Made by a program: the position numbers and the translations under genes
The notes under the pieces: generated by a model
Seen by the model: the letters and a program-made list of their open reading frames with translations, nothing else
Databases searched by the model: none
What the model was told of the DNA's origin: nothing
In this document: piece by piece, positions 1 through 9,952 of the stretch
Numbering within the stretch: position 1 is the stretch's first letter
Layout of the letters: every line of letters begins with the position of its first letter
Source: Chiloscyllium plagiosum
Lineage: Eukaryota
Direction: 5' to 3'
DNA length: 61,808 nt
Assembly (NCBI RefSeq): GCF_004010195.1
Contig: NC_057718.1
Location: 23,073,533 to 23,135,340 of the forward strand

Positions 1-345
1 TAGAGGAGACCGCATTGGGAGCAACGGATACAATAAATGATATTGGTGGATGTGCAGGTAAAACTTTGATGGATGTGGAAGGCTCCTTTAGGGCCTTGGA
101 TACAGGTGAGGGAGGAGGTGTGGGTGCAGGTTTTACAGTTCCTGCGGTGGCAGGGGAAAGTACCAGAATGGGAGGGTGGGTTGTAGGGGGGTGTGGACCT
201 GACCAGGTAGTCACGGAGGGAACGGTCTTTGCGGAAGGTGGAAAGGGGTGGGGAGGGAAATATATCCCTGGTGGTGGGGTCTTTTTGGAGGTGGCGGAAA
301 TGTCGGCGGATGATTTGGTTTATGCGAAAGTTTGTAGGTGGAATT
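1..345 (-). mobile_element. Penelope-like element (Neptune-type) ORF fragment: RT-endonuclease linker and start of GIY-YIG endonuclease; runs off the left edge
   Basis: Hand translation of the minus strand is stop-free: PTNFRINQIIRRHFRHLQKDPTTRDIFPSPPLSTFRKDRSLRDYLVRS...GTFPCHRRNCKTC...FTCTSTNIIYCIRCSQCGLL(Y). This contains the Cys-rich linker and the IIY..C..C..(YIG) start of GIY-YIG. The + strand ORF 15..347 is its antisense shadow. Confidence 0.9.
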
Positions 346-643
346 AGTGAGTCAAGAGTGTGCTGTTAGACAAACACAGCAGGTCAGGCAGCATCCAAGG
401 ATCAGGTGAATTGATATTTCAGGCATAAACCCTTCATCAGGAATGAGGCAGCCAGCATGGTGGGGTCTTTTTGGAGGTGGCGGAAATGTCGGCGGATGAT
501 TTGGTTTATGCGAAAGTTTGTAGGTGGAATTAGTGAGTCAAGAGTGTGCTGTTAGACAAACACAGCAGGTCAGGCAGCATCCAAGGATCAGGTGAATCGA
601 TATTTCAGGCATAAACCCTTCATCAGGAATGAGGCAGCCAGCA
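272..643. repeat. Tandem duplication, 2 x 186 bp (272..457 and 458..643)
   Basis: Direct comparison shows the copies identical except T412 versus C598. Confidence 0.95.
349..448 (-). mobile_element. PLE pseudo-LTR (family A) with decayed hammerhead core, directly upstream of the PLE ORF fragment; second copy at 535..634
   Basis: Reverse complement reads CCTCATTCCTGATGAAGGGTTTATGCCTGAAATATC...GATGCTGCCTGACCTGCTG, matching the copies at 18214 and 24529. Confidence 0.8.
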
Positions 644-719
644 TTTATTGCCCATCTCTAGTTGACCTTGAATAGAGTCACCGAATCCCATGTCGTTGAA
701 GGGCTGGCAAGATGCCACC

Positions 720-920
720 ATGATCTTAGCAATGCTCTGTATAAATGAAATACAAAATCCTTAGTTTTATGTTCATTTCCTCTGATAAGAAAGAATATTA
801 TTCCATTAGCCTCCTTGATCATTTCCTGCATACTAACCTTTTGTGATTCATACACTGGGATACCATGATCCCTCTGTAGCTTGGAATTCTGCAGTCATTC
901 CTTGTTAATTAATGTACTAC
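720..920 (-). mobile_element. Old CR1 LINE ORF2 fragment
   Basis: Minus frame reads ESQKVSMQEMIKEANGIIFFLIRGNEHKTKD..LYRAL, resembling the CR1 RT C-terminus. Confidence 0.6.
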
Positions 921-1137
921 CATTTTGAAAGATGCCACCCCTTATATACTGATAAAACCTTAAGTCATTTTGGGCAGTGACTCGAAAGAAATTCTGGGAT
1001 TTGCATATTAATCAATCTCCATTCTAACTGATTGCAGAATTAACAGCCATCCAGGTTTGTTCAATACACTCACATTAGCTGTATGACTTTTTGTTCTTTT
1101 ACTGACAAATTCTATGTCTGATATTTCCTCTCTGACT

Positions 1138-1257
1138 AACACCTGAAGAAGGAACAAAGGTCTGAAAGCTTGTGTTTTCAAATAAATCCGTTGGACCATA
1201 ACCCAGTGACTTTGATTTTGTCAACCCCAGTCCAACACTGGCTCCTCTACGTCATGG
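1138..1257 (+). mobile_element. PLE pseudo-LTR (family B) starting with a hammerhead-like core
   Basis: AACAC-CTGAAGA-A-GGAACAAAGGTCT-GAAA-GCTT-GTGTT followed by CAAATAAATCCGTTGGACCATAACC; same family as 8882..9000 in the opposite orientation. Confidence 0.7.
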
Positions 1258-1499
1258 TTATGAAGGAGTCAAGTAACTGATGAAATATGTACTTTCCAGG
1301 GCTTGGAAAAATGAGTCTACCCCAGTACCTACACATCTCGCTGATTGTGAAATGTGGGAAAGAACTGTTGTCAGAATGACTTGCTGAAAAAGAAGTTATT
1401 TCCTTAATGCAACCTAAATTTTTAAAATGATTTCATGGGATGGGGGTACTGTTTACTCTGTGTATAATCAACTGTCTCCCCTCATATCCCTAGGGGTCG

Positions 1500-2400
1500 T
1501 CACTGCCCCCATTCCTCAGTCTCCATCACACCCCCGTTCCTCAGTCTCCATCATTCCCCCGTTCCTCAGTCTCCATTACTCCCCCCATCCCTCAGTCACC
1601 ATCATTCCCCCCATTCCTCAGTTGCCAATACTCACTCCATCCCTCAGTATCCATCCTTCCCCACATTCCTCAGTCTCCATCATTCCCCCCATTCTCAGAC
1701 TCAATCACTCCCCCATCCCTCAGTCTTCATCATTCCCCCATTCCTCAGTCTCCATCTCTCTCCCCATTCCTCAGTTTCCANNNNNNNNNNNNNNNNNNNN
1801 NNNNNNNNNNNNNNNNNNNNNNNNNNNNNNNNNNNNNNNNNNNNNNNNNNNNNNNNNNNNNNNNNNNNNNNNNNNNNNNNNNNNNNNNNNNNNNNNNNNN
1901 NNNNNNNNNNNNNNNNNNNNNNNNNNNNNNNNNNNNNNNNNNNNNNNNNNNNNNNNNNNNNNNNNNNNNNNNNNNNNNNNNNNNNNNNNNNNNNNNNNNN
2001 NNNNNNNNNNNNNNNNNNNNNNNNNNNNNNNNNNNNNNNNNNNNNNNNNNNNNNNNNNNNNNNNNNNNNNNNNNNNNNNNNNNNNNNNNNNNNNNNNNNN
2101 NNNNNNNNNNNNNNNNNNNNNNNNNNNNNNNNNNNNNNNNNNNNNNNNNNNNNNNNNNNNNNNNNNNNNNNNNNNNNNNNNNNNNNNNNNNNAGTCTCCA
2201 TCATTCCCCCCATTCCTCAGACTCCATTATTCCCCCATTCTTCAGTCTCCATCACTCTCTCCATTCCTCAGTCTCCATCACTCCCTCCATTCCTCCCATT
2301 CCACAGTCTCATTCCCCCCATTCCTCCGACTTCGTCACTCCCCCCCATTCCTCAGTCTCCATCACTCCCCCTTCCACCCTAATGCCCCATTCCTCAGTCG
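1500..2400. repeat. C/T-rich minisatellite (unit about 24-26 nt, CCCCATTCCTCAGTCTCCATCA-like) spanning assembly gap 1781..2192
   Basis: Repeated TTCCTCAGTCTCCATCA[C/T]TCCCCC units on both sides of the N run. Confidence 0.9.
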
Positions 2401-2407
2401 CCAGCAC

Positions 2408-3453
2408 TATGTGTACCCTACAAATCTGTGGGAAACTAGGGAAGTGATTGCTGGACCTCTTGCTGAGATATTTGTATCATTGATAGCCACAGGTGAGGTG
2501 CCGGATGACTGTAGGTTGGCTAACGTGGTGCCACTATTTCAAAAAGGTGATAAGGAAAAGCCAGGGAACTTTAGACTGGTGGTGGTCAAGTTGGGAATCC
2601 TGAGAGACAGGATGCACATGTATTTGGAAAGCACGGACTGATTAGGGCTTTGAGTGTGGGAAATCATGTCTCACAAACTTGATTGAGTTTTTTGAAGAAG
2701 TAACAAAGAGGATTGATGAGGGCAGAGCAGTGGACATGAACTATATGGACTTCAGTAAGGTGTTCGACAAAGTTCGTCATGGTAAACTGGTTAGCGAGTC
2801 CAATCTCATGGAATACAGGGATAACTAGCCATTTGGATAGGAACTGGCTTGAAGGTAGAAGACAGAGGGTGGTGGAGGATTGCGTTTCAGACTGGAGGCC
2901 TGTGACCAGTGGTGTGTCACAAGGATCGATGCTGGGTCCACTGCTTTTCATCATTTATATAAATGGTTTGGATGTGAGTATGAGAGAGGTATAGTTAGTA
3001 ATTTTGCAGATGACACCAAAATTGAAGGTGTAGTGGACAAAGAAGATGGTTACCTCAGAGTACAACAGGATCTTGATCAGAGGGTCAATGGGCTGAGGAG
3101 TGGCAGATGGAGTTTCATTTAGATAAATGCGAAGTGCTGCATTTTGGAAAGGAAAACCAGAGCAGGACTCATACACTTAATGGTAAAGTCCTAAGGTGTG
3201 TTGGAAACAAAGAGACCTTGGACTGCAGGTTCATAGTTCCTTGAAAGTGGAGTCGCAGGTAGATAGGATAATGAAGAAGGTGTTTGGTATGGTTTCCTTT
3301 ACTGATCAAGGTATTGAGTATAAGTGTTAGGAGGTCATGTTGCAGCTGTGCAGGACATTGGTTAGGTATTTCAAGGATTTGAGCTGCAGGGAGAGGCTGA
3401 ATTGGCTGGGGCTGTTTACCTTAGAGCATCAGAGGTTGAGGGGTGACCTTATA
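2408..3453 (+). mobile_element. CR1 LINE ORF2 (reverse transcriptase) fragment, frameshifted
   Basis: Motifs [33 protein letters not shown] and FADDTK occur in successive frames. Confidence 0.95.
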
Positions 3454-3655
3454 GTGGGCGGGTAGGGGAGAGGTGGGGTTGTAGAGAGAGGGGTGGAGGT
3501 GGTAGGGGAAGAGTTGAGGCTGGCTGGAAGAGAGATGGGGTGGTAGGGAGAAGTGAGATTGTAGGGGGAGAGGTGGGGTGGCCAGTGCTCCAGGCAGAGT
3601 TTTATGTCCATACTTCCCTGAACGTGGACAGGTGGGTGGTGTGGGGTGGGGGGTG
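3454..3655. repeat. G-rich low-complexity tract
   Basis: Runs such as GTAGGGGAGAGGTGGGG. Confidence 0.6.
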
Positions 3656-4913
3656 TACCATCTTCAAGTTGCTGAGAGCTGAGACCTGAAATTGGAAGAC
3701 AATGATCTGTCAATTTTGGAAGACCTTTAACCCTGCTGTTTTAGGCCACATCCAGTGTGATCACTGACATATGATCAGCCACAATTATTAGCAAATGGTG
3801 GAGCAGCAGGTTCAAAGGGCGGAAAGGCCCTACTCTTGCTCCAATTCACAAAGAGCGTGCCCTCAGTCCAATTTAGGCAAAGCTCCTGGGGAGGCGGGGT
3901 CCCCATTTGATTGTATTGTCAGTGTCTAAAACTGTCAAAATCCAGCCCCACCGGGACGGATGACCAAAGGGATGGCTGTAGAGATTGGTTCAGACAGCAA
4001 GGAGAGACAGGGCTGGGCAGAGTGACAGATGAACCAGCCATTGCAGCAAGGACACAGGGTTTCATTGTTCAATCCTTCCATGAACTCTGCAATTGGCCAG
4101 TACCCCGTTCCATTTAACATTATCCCGAGCATTTCCCAGATCAAACAGTGCTTATTCTGAGGGGATTATCTTTACACGAGAACAAAAGCTGCAGCCTATA
4201 TGACTGAGTTATGAAGTTTGGAAACAGAAACTATTTAAAAAGAACAACCTGTGCCAGATATGCATGTGTGTTTGTTTTAATGTGGATCCAGTCTCTGTTT
4301 AAATATATAGCCCTGGCAGGCAGTAAACAGCCTGGCTGCATAAACTGGCAATGATTACTGTGAAAGTACTTGAGGAGGAAGCGCTCCATTATGAGTGCAG
4401 TGTTAGTTTATGCAAACAGAATATCTCCAAAATAATTTCAAAGGCAAACGTTGCACATTATGAACAAGCAGATGGCTTTTATTCACTCCGTTTTCTCGAT
4501 TTTGCAAAATAACAATTCAGTCATTTGATGTGTTTTGACGGATTGTCAGCTGTAAGGAGGCGTGCTTTGCCATGACGTGGGGAGCACCATCATCCCAAAC
4601 CTGTTGGATATAGGGCAGAAGCATGTCGAACTAGGCCAGTTTGCACCATGAGGAATCCATTCAGCCAGCTCTTTGTCAGAACAACTCCGTGCAGCTTTAC
4701 CATTTAACTATCACTACTGCGATGTCACCAGCTTTTGATGCAGATAATTTGCAAAGTCAGAGTGAATCCCAAAAGGAAGGACAGAGCTAAGCTGCCAGAA
4801 TCTTAAGGGAGTGGCATAAAGTCTTGGCTGTCAACTGGGCACTGGCGAGAGAGCACCCCCTCCACATTGCTGCTATCTACAAAGCTCTACCACGAAGGCA
4901 CCTGACTAGGCAG

Positions 4914-4918
<5 letters not shown>

Positions 4919-4946
<28 letters not shown>
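4919..4946. repeat. (TG)n microsatellite
   Basis: Direct reading. Confidence 0.95.
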
Positions 4947-5200
4947 AGACCATTCAGAGGTCAACAGCTCTGTGCATTGGCATCCCTGCCAGGGGGGGGG
5001 GTGGAAGGTGCTGCTCTTACAATGCCCAGCTGAGGTCTGGGACCCGCTGATGGGTCTGGGCGATGGAGGGGCAAAGGTCACAGGGATGGTGACAGCAGCA
5101 AGACCCATAAGGTGGCTTCCTCACCAGCCCGCCTTCACCCCCAACCACCGCTCCCCATTACCAGGTCCATCAGAAGCTGAATGCCTTTGAAGGACTGCAA

Positions 5201-6370
5201 GAATGCAAGAGGCCTAACAGGGAAGGCAGATGAACTCAGGGCATGGTTAGAAACATGGGACTGGGATATCAAAGTAATTACAGAAATGTGGCTCAGGGAT
5301 GGGCACAACTAGCAGCTTAATGTTCCAGGATACAAATACAACAGGAAGGACAGAAAGGGAAGCAAGAGAGATGGGGAAGTGGTGTTATTGATAAGCGATA
5401 GCCTTACAGGGAGGTTATGGAATGAGGGAGGATATTCCCGGAAATACATCCAGGGAGGCTATTTGGGTGGAACTGGACAGCCAAAAAGGTTACCTCCGAT
5501 TACAACGGCATCTTGACCAGATGGGCCAATGGGCTGAGAAGTGGCAGATGGAGCTTAATTTACATAAATGCGAAGTGCTGCAAATTGGGAAAGCAAATCT
5601 TAGCAGGACTTATACACTTAATGGTAAGGTCCTAGAGAGTGTTGCTGAACAAAGAGACCTTGGTATGCAGGTTCAAAGCTCCTTGAAAATGGAGTCGCAG
5701 GGAGATAGTTAGTGAAAAAGGCATTTGGTATGCTTTCCTTTATTGGTCAGAGTATTGAGTTCAGAGTTGGGAGGTCATGTTACAGCTGTACAGGGCGTTG
5801 GTTAGGCCACTGTTGGAATATTGCATGCAATTCTGGTCTCCTTCCTATTGGAAAGATATTGTGAAACTTGAAAGGATTCAGAAAAGATTTACAAGGATGT
5901 TGCCAGGGTTGGAGGACTTGAGCTATAGGGAGAGGTTGAATAAGCTGGGCTGTTTCCCCTGAGTGTTGGAGGCTGAGGGGTGACCTTTTAGAGGTTTATA
6001 AAATCATGAGGCGCATGGATAGGATAAATAGACAAAGTCTCCTCCCTGGGGTCGGGGAGTCCAGAACTGGAGGGCATAGGTTTAGGATGAGAGGGGAAAG
6101 ATATAAAAGAGACCTAAGGGGCAACGTTTTCACTCAGAGGGTGTTACATGTTTGGAACGAACTGCCAGAGGAAGTGGTAGAGTCTGGTACAATTGCAACA
6201 ATTAAAGGACATCTGGATGGGTACATGAATGGGAAGAGTTTGAAGGGATATGGGCCGGGTGCTGGCAGGTGGGATTAGATTAGGTTGGGATATGTGGTTG
6301 GAATGGACGAGTTGGACTGAAGGGTCTGTTTCCATGCTGTACATCTTTGTGACTATGTGACTCTATGACT
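5201..6370 (+). mobile_element. Internally deleted CR1 LINE: APE endonuclease N-terminus fused to RT C-terminus, 3' UTR and tail
   Basis: NARGLTGKADELRAWLETWDWDI..TE.WL (about 5201-5475) joins directly to DSQKGYLRLQRHLDQMGQWAEKWQM; ends in a (GACTCTAT)-like tail. Confidence 0.9.
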
Positions 6371-8261
6371 GCCATTTACAAGCAAACATGTCAGGGGTTG
6401 TCCGTTGTGCCCTGTCCATTGCAGACTCCTCACCCATTGCTGGGTTACTTTGGCAGGCTCGGACTCTCAAATGGGCCACCTCATTGTGCCACTGGGGACA
6501 GCAGAGATTCCAGATGACAAATGGTTTTTTTTAGTAGACTTTCCATGGACAGGCAGGAATTGGTTAGCTTGGATTGATAGCTCGAGTGTGGTATGGAATG
6601 ATGGAGTGCAAGTTACAGGTTGAGGCCTGTCTCCCCACCTTTTGCTCCATGTTCAATGAAAAGCATGCTCCTTCAGCTATATAACCACTTGTCTTTTCCT
6701 AACTGAGAGAGCTTCCTGTGGTCCCTCGCCAACCATGGCTCATTAGTTTCCCGGTGACAGGCTCTTCATCATTCAGGAAATTTATTTTGTGTTTTGCTAG
6801 CAGCTGCACAAAGAGTGGGGAGAGGCAGGGGTGGCTTGTGTGTGATATTAAAATAAAAGCAAAGCAACTTAATGTGAGTGTTAGATTTTTACGCCTCTCA
6901 TTCAGCAAGTGTGGGTGTTAGACTTCTCACTAATGGCCTCGGTTTCTGCACACTGTCAAAGAGAAAGCTGAAGACGAGAAACCAACACATGTCTCTCTTT
7001 AAGTGCTCCCCCCTTGGGAACTACCCCTTGTTGTGATAATGCTTATAATGCGTGTGATGTTTGCATTAAACCTGGAAGATATCAGCATATTTCAGGCAAA
7101 CCGAGCCCAAAGACACCAACCGAATGCAGCTTGTCACTTTCTAAACAGGCATAAGCCGTGTTTGTTTCTGCACTTGCATCTTAAAGACCTGGTGCTGTCA
7201 AATACTTCAGCTGAAATGGATTCCCAATCCCATCGCAGCTCCTGAGGAAGAGATGAATTCAGGCTCAGCAAGGTGTCTAAAGTTGAAACAGAAATAAAGT
7301 TGTAGTATCAGCAGTATCTGCTACACAAGGTAGTTCAGACATGGTCCAAACTGACTTGTAACTACATGTGTATTCTGCACATTGGAGAGATAACTATTCT
7401 GCTGGCTATTTGTGACAGATACTGGTTTCCCCTTCTCCATGAGTAACTGCTGTATGACTCTAGTATCTTCATTCAAACTCTTTTACTTTGAGTGAATATA
7501 TATAATACTGCTCTCTGTAGGTAAAGCTCTCACTGGTAAACACTAATCCATCCTTTCTTCACAGTGTCTTGGTGATATGCATCACCAGCTCATAATGATA
7601 TCTCTTCACATTAAACCGCACAAACCAATCTTGTCTGATCACATTGCAGGCCACAATATGGATCAGTTGCTTTCCTTTAGTAGACATTATTAGGTTAATT
7701 GGACTGTTTACATTACTAAGTTCATTCCATAATTGATTTTAAAAATTGTAAGGGTTGTCAATTCTGCAAGTCACTTCTGCTAATTGTCGTAATGGGGTCT
7801 GAAAACACTCACATGAAGGAATGCCTTAAGCAGCTTACGATACCTTACGATGATGGATTGGTGAGCAGACTAGCTAAGAGAAGAAAAACAATCATATCTG
7901 GAACCTCCGCATAATCCCTGTAACAATGCCTAACATATCAATGTAAAGTGTAACTTGTAGCCAGTTGTTAACATGCAGTAAACGACTTTTTGTTCATTAC
8001 AACTGCCTCGTTGTGATAGTTTTCCTCGACTGCACTTGACCAAGCAGGGCCTGATGGTCCATATATTTAAAGAGAATGATGATCACAAACCTACTACATG
8101 TGAGGTGCACATTCAGTTTAGCTCTGCATATGACATGATGGCAGCAGTACAGATTTCATTTAGCAGTCTTGTACAACAATAATCACATGATTTTCCTTTG
8201 TTACACCACTGCACTCATCACATCTTTCACTCTTACCTATGTAAATCGGTTTCTGTTAATG

Positions 8262-8425
8262 GGAGAAAGTGAGGACCACAGATGCTGGAGAGACAGAATC
8301 GAAAGTGTGGCGTTGGAAAAGCACAGCAGGTTAGGCAGTGTCTGACGCATAAACATTGATTCTCCAGCACCATGGATGCTGCCTGATCTTTTGTGCTTTT
8401 CCAGCACCACACTTTTTGACTCTGT
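8262..8425. mobile_element. PLE family A fold-back (inverted pseudo-LTR pair) with 12-bp TSD
   Basis: Arms GTGTGGCGTTGGAAAAGCACAGCAGG.. and ..TGTGCTTTTCCAGCACCACAC; TSD TTTCTGTTAATG at 8250..8261 and 8426..8437. Confidence 0.85.
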
Positions 8426-8881
8426 TTTCTGTTAATGAATTGAGTCAAGTCCCTCAACTCTCATTGAGTCATGGATTAATTCATTTTAATTCTGTCTCTG
8501 TACAATTATCATAGTGATCATATGCATGAAATTTTGAAAATTTTATGTAAGAATATCAAACAATGAAATATGTCAACAAACAAAAGAATATGTCATCTCA
8601 GATCTAATAATGCCAATTTGATCAACTCAGTGATCATGATTTTAATAGAAACTGTTCAGACTGCATAAACTGTATTGAATGCTTAGTTCTTTCTACTGGG
8701 AAGTTGGGGATGCACTTTAACCTTGACCGCAGTACACTAACCTTGCTTATTGGCTGAGATAGCAATGTCACATTTCCATTTTCCATATGTATGACCACAT
8801 TGATCTGTGTTAAGAATAAAAAACATTACTTGGAGTCTTTGGAATATTTCTCCACACAGCCTATCACTGCCAAAGTAAAGA

Positions 8882-9000
8882 CATGATGTGGAGGTGCTGG
8901 TGTTGGACAAAGTTAAAAATCAAACAACACCAGGTTATAGACCAACAGTTTTATTTGGAAACACTAGCTTTCGGAGCGCTGCTCCTTCATCAGGTGGTTG
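8882..9000 (-). mobile_element. PLE pseudo-LTR (family B)
   Basis: Reverse complement: CAACCACCTGATGAAGGAGCAGCGCTCCGAAAGCTAGTGTTTCCAAATAAAACTGTTGG...CCAACACCAGCACCTCCACATC. Confidence 0.8.
8962..8996 (-). ncRNA. Minimal type I hammerhead ribozyme motif
   Basis: Helix I CAC/GTG, core CTGATGA plus an extra A, helix II GGAGC-AGC-GCTCC, GAAA, palindromic AGCT, predicted cleavage triplet CUA. Confidence 0.75.
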
Positions 9001-9094
9001 GGTAGTTTCTTTGTACCTGGGTACTATGTTACTCAATTACTGGCAATACAATCTTGATTCAGTAAATGCAAAAATACTTGCCATCTGCAGATAA

Positions 9095-9425
9095 GTATTG
9101 GACTAGCTATCTAGAACCCCAGGTCAATGTTCTGGGGATGAGGTTTTGAATCCCACCATGGAAGATGGTGAAATTTGAATGAAATAAAAATCTGAAATAA
9201 AAAGCGAGCCTAATGGTGATCATTTAACTGCTGTCAATTGTCATAAAAATCCATCTGGATCACAAATGTCCTTTAGGAAAGGGAATCTGCCATCTTTAGC
9301 TGGTATGGCCCACATGTGACCTCACACCTACTACAATGTGATTACCTTTTAAGTACTCTCTGGGAAGTTAGCGATGGGCAATAAATGTTAGTTTAGCTTA
9401 ACAAAGCCCACGTCTTGTGAAAGAA
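9095..9425 (+). mobile_element. tRNA-derived SINE (family with GGGCAATAAATG...GCCCACATC 3' end)
   Basis: Decayed B box GGTTTTGAATCCC; colinear with the copy at 22665..22968. Confidence 0.75.
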
Positions 9426-9952
9426 CTTTTTACAAGTGTCAAGTGAGTCAGCACCATAAGAACAATTGACATTTCCACACCAGAAATTCTGTCAGAATTG
9501 TTGCTACTGGTTTTCAGAGCTTTGACAAAATTCCAGCTTTTTCTCTGTTGAGAATGAGTAGGATTCTATACCAATATTTGATGAAGCAGATAGACAAGAA
9601 AAAGGAGAAAGAGGAATTTACAAGCATCTTGACAATGCCTCTACTCTAACAGCAGTATCGGTGTACGGACCCATCCCATCGACTGCAGTGCTTCTAGAAG
9701 GAAGCTCACTAACACGTTCTCCAGGCTGATTAAGTATTCGCAATAAATGACTGTAGAGCTGGCATCCACGGACAAATAAAGATGCTCCTGATTAGAAACT
9801 TATTCTCGCAAATGAAACCTTTTTTATACTTCTGCTGTGCTCCCTGCATTACATTGAATTCCTGCAGAGTCCATTTTTCATAGCTGTACAAGTTAACCAC
9901 TATTATCTCCAAGAAATTCATCCGGTCTGAATGTTCTTAAAACTAAAGTAAA

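Noticed and set aside
15..347. Gly-rich 110-aa + strand ORF
   Set aside because: Antisense shadow of the PLE GIY-YIG frame.
1500..2400. CRISPR-like regular repeats
   Set aside because: No unique spacers, degenerate units, vertebrate context and no cas genes.
1427..2641. 404-aa ORF
   Set aside because: Minisatellite plus N gap plus CR1 fragment; its length comes from the Ns.
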